Origin: Macrostomum lignano
Taxonomy: Eukaryota
Length of the DNA stretch: 64,000 bases
Assembly: GCA_002269645.1 (NCBI GenBank)
Contig: NIVC01001091.1
Span: 124,001-188,000, forward strand
Direction: 5' to 3'
Shown: positions 1 to 12,600 of the stretch, in pieces
Layout: every line of letters starts with the position of its first letter
Position numbering within the stretch: position 1 is the first letter of the stretch
Translations under genes and position numbers: made by a program
The notes under the pieces: model-generated
Databases searched by the model: none
Told to the model about the DNA's origin: nothing
Seen by the model: only the letters and a program-made list of their open reading frames with translations

Positions 1-1355
1 TAGCCACAAACACTAACATAAATTTAAAGAAATATGTTTTTTTAATAAATCTATTATCCTTTATGATATTTACATTTGCAATATATTTGCAATATAATTT
101 TTAAACTATGTATTTACAACTTTATGCTACATAAATTTTCTTTTTAATTTTTTTAAATAGTTCAATTTTCATAAATTAAATATGATTTCTGTGCTTAGTA
201 CAAACAATAATCAAGGTGGTGGAGTCTAATATTTTAGTGGGACACTAGACATGGGCACAGGTGTCTTGATAAGCTGCTAATTAGGGTTTAAAACCAAAAA
301 AAGCATTCAAAATTACTAATATTAGCTATTACTAAGCACTCAAATATCATATTCTTAAAACTGCAGGGGCACACAATGCATTGTGTCACATGGGCTCATT
401 TTCTAGGGGGGAGGGGCATATGCTTCCATTCATTGCTGCAAACTCCTGTTGCCCATGACAATAATGGCATGGTGTAGCTCTTATAGGTTCAGAATTAATG
501 TATATACACGGTTATTTCCACCAAAATGGAACACAAAAGTGTCCACCTTAAAATAAAGAAAAAAATATATAAGTACTACAAAACTTTATTAGACTAATAA
601 AAATATATGATAGCAATATGACACTCCAAAAGCACAAAAAATGCTTTATAGTGAAGCACTAAATTGTTGACTAGTTATAAATATTTTAAAATGATGTTTA
701 ATATTGTACAACTTAAAAAATAGTAAGTGTATCTAAAAAAAGAAGGTGTTTATTCAACAAAGAACTTAATACTTTTTTCTTATTAGACCTTTTTTACCTT
801 TACTTTTTGTTTACTCACTTTATTTGATATAACTATTTAAAATGTTCATACATTTTTTGACTTTCATTTTTGCGACAGTCTATAGTAAGTGTGGCAAAGG
901 CAATAGCAGTATTATAGGCTTTGATCAACTTTTACAATTACAAATGCATATGTAGTTTAGATTTTTCATGAATTTTGACAAAAAACTGATTAATTTAAAA
1001 GACAAAAAAAGTATAGAAAGGTCTATGTGACTGTTTAACATTTTTTGATATGAAAACTGTCTTAGATATATTATTGACTTTGATGTTTATTGTCAGGCAA
1101 ATTTCTCAGCAATGCAATACACTTGAAAAGCAACAAATGGCTTATTAGAAAGTTCAGGCTGAGTAGATTCATTTAATAAAAAATTGGTTCTCTACACATT
1201 GTATGTTGAATACTCTAAGGTTTCATAGAAATAGTCAATTGTGATATAGTTGTTTCAGTTACAAATTGATTAATTTCTCTGCAATGAAATATATTTGAAA
1301 AGCAACCAAACATCTATTACAAAGCTTGGAGTGTCTAGATTAATGTAATAAAATA

Positions 1356-1749
1356 CGAAGAGCTTGCGTGCACGGCAGCCGTTCACGTAAGCTCAGAATT
1401 GCGTGCACGGCGGCTATCTACCTAGTGCTTTATTTGCATGTATGCAGCCGTACACCTAGTGTTGTAATTGCGTGCACGGCAGCCGGCAATTGGCCGGGAC
1501 TGGGGCCCTTAAATCCACGCATTGGCATTGGCAAACCTAATTAAAAAATATTTTTACTATATTGTTTTATAATGCTTTATCCCCCGTACACCATGGACTG
1601 CAAATGTAATCTTAATTCATTGTTTTTTTGTTAACTTGAATATTAATTCGAATAGTATATGACTTACTGTATAAGCCTATAAGATATAGCTCTGCCGTGC
1701 ACGCAATTCTGAGCTTACGTGAACGGCGGCCGTGCACGCAAGCTCTTCG
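1356..1749. mobile_element. Mutator/MULE-type MITE (394 bp, ~60-bp TIRs, 9-bp TSD)
   Basis: Begins CGAAGAGCTTGCGTGCACGGCAGCCGTTCACGTAAGCTCAGAATTGCGTGCACGGC and ends with its reverse complement (...GCCGTGCACGCAAGCTCTTCG). AATAAAATA flanks both sides (1347-1355, 1750-1758). Internal GCGTGCACGGC motifs recur. A 9-bp TSD is typical of MULEs. Confidence 0.9.
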
Positions 1750-3121
1750 AATAAAATATTGGCTCTCTATATTCTATATGTTAGGTACTTTTGGCTTTTG
1801 CAGATATTTGTTATTGTGCTATCCTAGTTTGACTTGGCAATAAAAAATTAATTCATGTTTTAACTATATGATTTAGACATAGAAACAAACATTTATAAAA
1901 ACCACAATGTGTTTTTTGCTTAAAATAAACTTTAACTTTAAAATTAATTTCAACTTTGAGAAATAAAGAAATTTAGTCAGAAAACAATGCAAAACATACT
2001 TGCTTAAGAAAGTGTATTTAGAAGCCATAATAATAAACTACATGCAAATAAAAGCAGGCAGTTTAAATAACTAGTTATTATAACAAAATTTAAGCTTTTC
2101 TGAATGAAATGTGGTTAAAAACATACTTTATCATGTCCTCAAAGTCAAAGATATGTCTTAAAATTATAAAGTTAAAATCTGAGGGCAGACATCTATAAGA
2201 TTGCTGGGTTACACAACTTTAAAGCACTTTAGACTCTTAGAGTTTGTTGTCGTATATTTTTCAAATCAGAGTGATACTTTTATTGTGTAAAAACTTCTAT
2301 GGTTTTATCTAAAGCATTATTTTAGTATTAATTACTGTCTACCTTAACATGGCTTAAGAAATTTTTACTTAAAAAAATTGTTAAACTTAATTTTCCCATC
2401 GTCCCTTTTTGTGGAAATGCCCACACTATATATAGACATAGTGCATGCTTTAAACCAAAATTCATAATACATAATCCTGACTGTAGCCCCTCAAAAAGTT
2501 CACAAATCTGATACATTTGCATTTATAAAAATGCTTTGAATACTCAATAATTTTTTTCACAATTATCCTGCTTTAAACTGTCTATATATGCAATAAATTA
2601 CATTAAAAGCACCCTCCTGTACAGATAAAAACCAAAATCTAAATTTACATAAGCACGTTAGATAAACAGCAGTAAATCCAATAAATAATTAACTCACGGT
2701 TTGCTGAAGGAGTATTTTCCAAAAAGTCGAAGGATTTTTCAGCAGACATTGTGTATTTATTATTTATTAGATACAAAGTATGGTTATAATAAAACGATGT
2801 GTTAGCTAGCAGCTACACACAGTTGTCCTGTCTTGCTTCTGTGAGTCCTGCACGTAAATATATAAATAAATGCAAACTCTTTGCAATAATGAGCACAAGC
2901 ATTATATTGAATAAGCTGTTTGATATAAAATACATATTATCTTTTTTGCCCCGTAAAGAGTAATTAGCTGTATTTGTTAAGTCTGGTCAAAAGATTTCAA
3001 CCAAGAAAAAAATGCCATGCAACTAAAAAAGAATACAACCTTCTTTGTTAAAAATATAAGATTGAACACCGTCACAGGACTTCGTTGTTTAACGTTATTG
3101 TTTCAAGGGGCCTTTTACTTA

Positions 3122-4445
3122 GGGTCTACGACAATTGACTGCCACAATTTTACTGCGGTCAATTTGACTGCGGACAATTTGACTGCCGAGCAATTTGACT
3201 GCCGACAAAATGACTGCGAACAAAATGACTGCGGACAAAATGACTGCCGACAATTTGACTGCGGACAAAATGACTGCCGACAATTTGATTGCCGACAAAA
3301 TGACTGCCAACAAAATGACTGCCGACAAAATGACTGCGGAAATTTGACTGCGGCAATTTGACTGCCGACATATGACTGCGGCAATTTGACTGCCGAGCAA
3401 TTTGACTGCCAGCGAAATGACTGCCGGAAAAATGATGCTCCTAAAGTTTAGCACTCTGTCAACCCTTTTAAGTCCATGCATGTAGTGAAATATTGTATTT
3501 ACGAACTAGAATGATGCAGAACAGAACACATAACCTTTATACAACAAGCTGTAACAGCTGTTGAAACCCGTGGATTTTGAACAGTGGGAAATGGGAATAT
3601 CAATCTTAGGAACTATTTTGCATATATTCTAAAATCTGAAGTTAAACTCAAGCAAAAACTTTTATTATTAAAGTTAAACATAACATAGATTACATTCGTG
3701 TAAAATTAGGATTGGAGGCAAACTATTAATATTGTTGGCTGGGGTGCGGCGCAGAATGTCAGAAAAACTCTGGCCTCTACTTCTGCCTCTCGATCCCTAT
3801 GTTCCTTGCATCCTTTGAACCTTCTATCTTCTCTTCTGTTTTCTCACTTCTCTCTCGTCTCTGCTCTCTCATTTCCCCTCTCTCATCTGTCATCTTTACT
3901 ATCTTATACTGGTATGTTCTCTCACCTCTCTCCTCTGTACTCTTCTCTTTCCCCTCTTTTGACTCCTCTCTTTCCTTTCTCCTTTCTTCCCTTTTCTTCT
4001 ATTCTTTCTTCTATACTCTCTCCCTCTCTTGTCTTTTCTCTTCTCTCTCTGCGCTCTCCTCTCTCCTCTCATACATCGTGTTCACTCTCTGACTCTCATC
4101 TTTGCTCTCTCATCCCCCTCTCATCTTTACTCTTGACTCCTGTGTACCTGTCACTTCACTCTTTCCCCTCTTCTGACTCCTCTCTTTCCTTAGTCCTCTT
4201 CTTTTCCCTCTTCTATACTCTCTCCCCTTTATTTACTTCTCTCGTCTCTCTGCACTCTGCTCTCTCCGCCTTCATCTCTCATCTCTCCTTTTATCTCTCT
4301 CATCTCTCTCTCCTCTTTTGCATAACGAGAATGCGCCTAGCAAGCTTTGCCGCAGTCATATTGTCGGCAGTCAAATTGTCGGCAGTCAAATTGTCCGCAG
4401 TCAAATTGTGGCAGTCAAATTGTGGCAGTCAATTGTCGTGCACCC
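3122..4445. mobile_element. Foldback/MULE-like non-autonomous element with 15-bp subterminal tandem repeats and 9-bp TSD
   Basis: Left end GGGTCTACGACAATTGACTGCCAC; the right end reverse-complements to GGGTGCACGACAATTGACTGCCAC. TTTTACTTA is duplicated at 3113-3121 and 4446-4454. Arrays of AATTTGACTGCCGAC-like units lie at ~3130-3430 and, inverted, at ~4348-4440. The interior is CT-rich and low-complexity (~3780-4320). Confidence 0.88.
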
Positions 4446-6627
4446 TTTTACTTATTGCTTGTTAGTTGGTTCTAGAACCAGATCCCATTTTATAAAGTAT
4501 AACATTTTGTCTCCTAAACTATAGAGGGATATACGTGCTATAAAGTTGTAACTATTCAGAATGGGTATAGCTAAGAAAAAAATGAAAAAAATTGCAAAAG
4601 TGAGGCTGTTAAGGCATTCAAACATTTAACGAAGTTAAATAGTAATACTGCTTTTTTTCTATGAAGATCCGAACTGGTTCTGGAATTGGAAATGTGAAAA
4701 GCCTGAAGGACTACTTAACTAGGACGGGAAACTACGTATCTTACAAAATGTTAAGGAGGCTGGGTTTTCGCCGAAAAAATACACTATGGCAGATATTACG
4801 TTTTTTATTTTCAGAACAAAAAGTGTTATTGCTTTCGATAAGAGGCAGACCCAACGTTCATCTTTTGATATGCTGTGCCTTTCTTATAATTCTATTGATA
4901 TTCATAAAAGCCTTTCGTTCAGAAAATTAGGATTGCATATTAATTTTTATTCTAGCTACGTACAATTGTACATGTCCCGTGCCTAAAAACCATTAAAATG
5001 CACGGCACGGAAAGATTTAAGGTTGTACTGTAGAATTGCATGCTAAAGAAATAAAAATACAAAAGTGCTTCTTTTCATCAGTTTGCCATGTGATAGCGTG
5101 CAGCATGAAAAGAAAAGCTCACTATTATTGTTTATATCTGCCAGCACGAATTTGTGGTGACAAAATTTGATTGCAGTAAAATAATATATGCAAAAGCATA
5201 ATTGCGGGAAAATTGTGCAAAAATTAGGAAAATCAAACTATACAATACAACTTTTTGTGCACCAATAAAAATAGTTAAATAGGTAGAGAAATGTATAAAA
5301 TTGGACTATACAATATGGCGAAATGTGTGTAGTATTTCATTACGGTAGTATATAAATAATTCCCTGCTCTCGCAATCAAGAAGCCAGCAAGTACTATTGG
5401 TCATTCAAGTTTTGACCACATTTAAAGAACAACTTTCGAATCAATGAGTCCGGAATCTTGTAGGCTTGTCCATAATCAAGGCGTCTTGACCAGCTAAAAA
5501 AAATTCACAAGACAAAACAGTTAAACTGCACAGAAGCTCAATGTAAAAATGAGAATAATTCTGATGATAAAAATTGCATTTTTAGAGTGTGTTGTAACCC
5601 ATAGTTATAAAAATGGCTTTGTTAACAAAGTTTTAACATTGCGCTAAGCGCTCTATTCAAGATAATAAAGTATTATCTGCATCAAAGGAAATATGCATAT
5701 CCATATAACATATTGGATATCCATACATAACCTAGATAAAGTCACTCACATTATCATCACATAGAGGCTACTGGCTAATATTTATAGCAAGCCGATGAAT
5801 TCATCCATGTATTCGAATATATTTGCGTTTTAAATTTGGTCAAAACACCGTCTATGGCACAGACGCACGCTTGAATTTAGACACAGAGCAGTTAAAACTA
5901 AGTCATGCCCGCCGTGCAAATGGAGCTGGAAAGGCCACAAGACGGAAATCAATCTACAGGATTGGCGCTCCCTTGGTGCGGCAGAGAATCGCGGAGTCAG
6001 GGGGGCGTGGGTGTCGCCAAGAGTGCAGCGGCTGGTTTGCTCACACACTGCACTTCATGCCCTACTGCTTGGCCCGTAAAAACATCTTATTGAGCCCGAT
6101 GTGGTCTGACAGTTTAGTTGAAGTTACAATAAATCCAATTCACTTTATCACTCTTTTTCTAATGGTTCCGAATTCCACTGCTCGATGTCTGAAATTCAAC
6201 ACTCTCCTCACACACGGTTTCGGCCATAGACAATCTGGTTGGCCGTGTTTTAGATAGAATGCTCGTCTGGTTCAATAAAATAAAGAATAATATATTAGGC
6301 CGAAAGCGAGGTTTATATAAGTAGTGCATAACGAACACTAAGATAGAAAGCTTGTCTGACGCAGTTCAGGCCATAGACAGTTGGCGAATTAGGTCATAGC
6401 TTACGTATGTGCGCTACGTACTGTACTAACTTGAAAGTGGCGCAGTAGACATGGCGCTTATTACAATAAGATCAAATTAAATACTGCTTGTTACAGTGGA
6501 TTAAGAATCAAGTTTAAACCAAATACAACTGGTATAGTAAAAAAACATTTAATATGATCAACATGGTTTTACGAGCCACGTACACCAAGAAAAGGATCCA
6601 ACACCAAAGCAGGTGCTTGTATCGCAC

Positions 6628-9600
6628 CTATACAGAATGCTGTAAGTTCTCGTGTGATGCTGTAGGTGACTGCAGCGGCGTTCTCGGACTGTAGCCTTGG
6701 TCTCCATAGCCGCTGTTGTGACTTTGCGACGGCTGGGTGTAGCCGGCCGTGTAGATCGGCGAGCAGTGATCAACTGAATTGTTTTTTTTTATTGCGATTA
6801 AAAATTTTGCAATACGAAAGTCTAACAGTTTAGCTCTCACTAATAAAAGTTGTACACTTTACTAAATGTATTACCATCTTACTATAAGTAGTGCAGGCTA
6901 AAATAAGTAACGCACCTTACTATGATTAAAAACATGCTACTATAAGTAGTAACCCTACTGTTATTAAAAACATTCTACTACGAGTAGTACACCCTACTGT
7001 ACGTAGTGCACCCTACTATAAGTAGAAACACCCTACTATAAATAGAAAGACCCTACTGTAGGTAGGGCACCCTATTATAAGTAGTAACATTCTACTATGA
7101 ATAGTACATCCTACTATAAGTAAGTAGAAACAACCTACTATAAATAGAAACACCCCACCAATAACTAGTGTACCCTACTATAAGTAGCAAGTTCACTGAC
7201 CGTGGCCGTTTTGTGTGGCCGAACCCGCACTGGGCGTGAGCCGAGTATCGTCAGTGACCGGATTGCTAGAGGCGGCCTGCCGCTGCGAGTTTTTGAGTAG
7301 TGGCATCTGGATAAGAAAATTGAAGAATATGATAAATAAATAATCCTTATATACTATTTCTAACACGTTACTATAAGTAATAAACAGCCTCAAATATAAG
7401 TGTGATATTCCCTGTCTTGATATTTGTTTACTGTTTATTGTTGCCATAAGCATAAAGCAACAGGTAAAAAAAGATAAAAAACACAATGCCCACCTCTGGG
7501 AGGGGATATTTCTCATCCAAGGCTGGCGGAATTGGAGCGCGATTACGACAGCATAGATAGCAACCGAAAGAGAGACTAGCAATCAGGACAACAGCCAGAC
7601 CGATGCAAATGAGCCAAATTGTCATCGACCACTCCATTGAACTGTTTGATCGCCATCTCTTCTGCGAACGAAAAATCAAATGCCGCCCAGACCGAGCCTC
7701 GACAATGCCAGCGCGGCCGGAAGTTCCATAATTGAAACTGTCAGACAACGGCGGCAGGCGGCAGTGAATTCGTCTGGGCAAGGCGCGGTCTCTGCTGCAC
7801 CGGATGCTGGAGTTGGAGCCACCACCCACCGGCCGAATCCAATAGGACTCAATATGCAAGTGACCGTGGCAGCTGGTCTCCGCCAGTGTCAACAGCGAAT
7901 TCTTCTCTTCAATAACGGAAATTTCCGGCTGCATAGTGGAGCCGCCGTCCACCAGGTGGCACAGGCAAGCGGGCCGGCCGGCCCCGTAGCGAGCTAACCG
8001 GACAGTCAGATTGGTCCCAACAGTGTCCACTGGCAGCCCGTCCGAGCTCGCTAACAATGTCCCATTCAGCAGCCAGACTCGCTGGCACTCTGCCAGACTG
8101 TCGCCGGACAATGCCGACTTCTCGCAGGCGACGATCTCGGGCCGGTCGGCGCTGCTGCCAGACCAGACGAAGACTCGCCGACTGCCAAGGCGATCCGTGA
8201 TGTCCAGCAGTTCGTCAGCTGGTGCAGGCGAACTGCTTGACTGCGGCTGCAGAGCGCAGTCCTGCAGCCAGGCGATTTCAACGGCGCCAACGGCTGGCGG
8301 CCCAACACCGACGCTGGTGGCCGCGGCGACTCGCAGCTTCTCAAAACCAGCAACCAGCTGATGCCGCTCCGGTTGCCAGGCAACAAACTCAACCTGCTTG
8401 CCGACAGTAACGCTGCTGTTTCTCCCCCAGCCGGTGTCGCTAACCACAAACTGGCGAATGCGACCGTTGCGACAATGCAACGGTGGCAAAGCGGCGCCGA
8501 TAGAATTCTCGCTTGGCGCCGTCAGCACCAGAGCCGGAGGCGCGCACGGCGCCGATTCGGGAGACACGAATGATTCCACAATGGGATCGGAGTCGTAGCC
8601 TGCATAGTAGCGAGGCTGGCAAACTGCTCGAATATTGAACTGCTCACCGTGGCGCAGCAAGCTGTAGGTGTTGTTGAATGCCAAGCTGGTATGGTTGCTA
8701 ATCTGGGTGGCAACGAGTTGCTGAGCGGATGTCAAAATATCCACCCTGTAGGTGTAGTTCTGATCCGATGTTGTAACGGTCGGACTCTCCCAGCTCACCA
8801 CAAGGCGGCTGTTGGACTGAAAGTTGGCGCGAAGGCCGCCAACTGGTAGCGGCTTCTCTGCGCGTGGGGAATTACAGGATTAGGGAAGTTGAAAACAACT
8901 CAGTATGTGTGGATGGGACTTCTAACAATATCATAAAATAACTATGGGATCGGATCTCTAACAATATCCCAAAACTACAATGGAACGGGATTTCTCCTAA
9001 AATATCCCAAAGCTACAATGGAACGGGATTTTTCCTAAAATATCCCAAAACTACAATGGAGCGGGATTTCTCCTAAAATATCCCAAAACTACAATGGAGC
9101 GGGATTTCTCCTAAAATATCCCAAAACTACAATGGAGCGGGATTTCACCTAAAATATCCCAAAGCTACAATGGAACGGGATTTCACCTAAAATATCCCAA
9201 AACTACAATGGAGATGGGATTTCTCCTAAAATATCCCAAAACTACAATGGAACGGGATTTCTCCTAAAATATCCCAAAACTACAATGGAACGGGATTTCT
9301 CCTAAAATATCCCAAAACTACAATGGAACGGGATTTCTCCTAAAATATCCCAAAACTACAATGGAACGGGATTTCTCCTAAAATATCCCAAAACTACAAT
9401 GTAACGGGATTTCTTCTAAAATATCCCAAAGCTACAATGGAGCGGGATTTCTCCTAAAATATCCCAAAACTACAATGGAGCGGGATTTCACCTAAAATAT
9501 CCCAAAACTACAATGGAGCGGGATTTCACCTAAAATATCCCAAAGCTACAATGGAACGGGATTTCTCCTAAAATATCCCAAAACTACAATGGAGCGGGAT

Positions 9601-12600
9601 TTCACCTAAAATATCCCAAAACTACAATGGAACGGGATTTCTCCTAAAATATCCCAAAACTACAATGGAGCGGGATTTCACCTAAAATATCCCAAAACTA
9701 CAATGGAACGGGATTTCTCCTAAAATATCCCAAAACTACAATGGAGCGGGATTTCACCTAAAATATCCCAAAACTACAATGGAACGGGATTTCACCTAAA
9801 ATATCCCAAAGCTACAATGGAACGGGATTTCTCCTAAAATATCCCAAAACTACAATGGAACGGGATTTCTCCTAAAATATCCCAAAACTACAATGGAACG
9901 GGATTTCTCCTAAAATATCCCAAAACTACAATGGAACGGGATTTCTCCTAAAATATCCCAAAACTACAATGCAACGGGATTTCTTCTAAAATATCCCAAA
10001 GCTACAATGGAGCGGGATTTCTCCTAAAATATCCCAAAACTACAATGGAGCGGGATTTCACCTAAAATATCCCAAAACTACAATGGAACGGGATTTCTCC
10101 TAAAATATCCCAAAACTACAATGGAACGGGATTTCACCTAAAATATCCCAAAGCTACAATTAAGTCAGTGGCTTTATTTCAATAATAATCCCATAACTAC
10201 TCTACAAAGAGGTGGGATTTTTAGAAAGTGTCTATTGGCATAAATTAAAAAAATATGCTTAAAAATAGCTATGAGCGCTATTTCACATATTAATTTACAG
10301 AAAACGATAATAAAATAAGTTTTTTTCCAGCAAAAAACCAACCTTTTTCCCGCCGATCAAATTTCCAAGTGGCGTTGGTGCACCAACCAATATTGTTGCA
10401 CAGCTCAGCAAAAACTTCCATATCATCGTCAAGACCCGTCTCGCACTTATTCCCCCAGTCGCAGTTGCCCAAGCTGTTGCAAACGCAGCTGTCGTTACAG
10501 ACTGGAGTAGAACTTTTATGGCCACTAATATCAATAGTAGCGGTTGTTGTTTTTGTACAATTCCGACCCTCGGGACCCGTGAACCTTCGGACAATGAGCA
10601 TTAGCAGTGATTAGAAATAGTTCAAAAGTTGAACTTTTTCGTTTAAATTTTCGCTGCTCAAAAAGGTTTTTTTGTCTACGTTAGTATTTTTTATGACAGG
10701 CATTACTGCCCATTCCCCCCGACTCCCCTGAGCAGGCGCGCGGATACGACCCTAACTTTATTTATCGCTAGGCATGTACACTTCACCGTGCCTTGGGGGT
10801 TGGCCCTCAAGGCCGTTAATTTCACAAGCAGAGCCAAGCCGAGATTTTAATTTAGCTCCAAATTAATGTGACTGACTGCACTTGGAATCGAGCTTGGACC
10901 GCTGGCGCATCAGACCGCCGCGCTGGAGCCCTGGGCTACGGCCCACCCATCTAAGGTAGTAAAACAAAGCCTGAGTTTGTATTGGCTTCTGTCTATGGCC
11001 AAAACCACAAATACTAGAATAACTACATGGGCCACTCAGCACATTTGCGTGTAAGCTACTTTCAGTTCAGTAGTAAGTTAAATGGAAGCATTTAATATAT
11101 TCATAAAGCCATGGCTCATTTATTAGCTCTTAGTCTTACCCCCAGCTTAAACACTCCAACCGCGCCCGTCCACACTACCCCCCGCCCGCCCCAATTTTTA
11201 TTGCCTTTCTTGGAATTCCAGCATAAAGCTGCCATGTACATTTCAGTGGACTGGCTAATGTACATTATTGCTGAACCAATTAGCAAGCTGTTTACGCCTG
11301 CAAGCTTGGCTACTAAACTTATCAAAGTCATTTCAGCTGCCTTTATTTTTATAAAATAGCTTATGTATTCTTCTTTGCTACTGAACTGAAAGCAGAAAGC
11401 TGTTTTATTAACTATATAAGCCTGAGTGGCGTGGCCCATCTAGTTTTTTAGCATCTGTGCTCAAAACTGAAAAATAAGCCACAAATTGTCACTCAAACAT
11501 GGGCTCTTACTTTAAAATTGTGTAAAAATCTGTGTCTATGTCACAAACATACAGAAAAACTTAAGTAAAATGCATTCAGCATGTGGATCAAGTAATTATA
11601 GCGTCTATTCGTATTTGCTTATAGCAGAATCACGCGGTCAAAAACTACTGCTTAATGATACGCGATATATACTACTGCTTTTTGTCAGCAAAGTGGCGGA
11701 TCAAGTGGAGCAGCAGCCACTGCCACAGAACTGCACTCGGCACCATAGACAATCAAGTGAATCAGTTCTGCTATGGAATTGCCAGCTGTCCGCTTGACTG
11801 GCTTTATCGTCTATGGCCGAGTGCAGATCTTAATTATAAATTTATTAATTTGGTAATAAAATTCAAAAGTGCATCAATGTACTTTTGACACCCGGAATCG
11901 CAGGATATTTTATGGCTTGCACTGAAACAAGAAGACATCGTGCACTTAGTATTTGAGCAAGAATAAATAAATAATAACTCTAAATACAATATATACGAGC
12001 AAAAGGTGTGAGATCTCTGACACTATCTCTCTAACATTTCATATCCCCGACACTTCATATCTCCGACAGTTCATATCAATCTCCGACACTTCATATCTCC
12101 GACAGTTCATATCTCCGACACTTCATATCTCCGACAGTTCATATCAATCTCCGACACTTCATATCTCCGACAGTTCATATCAATCTCCGACACTTCATAT
12201 CTCCGACAGTTCATATCTCCGACACTTCATATCTCCGACAGTTCATATCAATCTCCGACACTTCATATCTCCGACAGTTCATATCAATCTCCGACACTTT
12301 ATATCTCCGACACTTCACATCTCCAACATTTCAAATCTCCGACACTTCATATCTCCGACAGTTCATATCTCCGACACTTCATATCTCCGACAGTTCATAT
12401 CTCCGACACTTCATATCTCCGACAGTTCATATCTCCGACACTTCATATCTCCGACAGTTCATATCTCCGACACTTCACATCTCCGACAGTTCATATCTCC
12501 GACACTTCATATCTCCGACAGTTCATATCTCCGACACTTCATATCTCCGACACTTCATATCTCCGACACTTCATATCTCCGACAGTTCATATCTCCGACA

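Noticed and set aside
5823-6257. 144-aa plus-strand ORF in a GC-richer patch downstream of the receptor
   Set aside because: No recognisable motif, no credible start or splice context; probably a repeat fragment.
7680-8849. Plus-strand and alternative-frame ORFs over the receptor exon, and similar ones over gag/pol, USP, the transposase and NACHT exons
   Set aside because: They are shadow ORFs expected from GC-rich coding sequence and have no independent domain signal.
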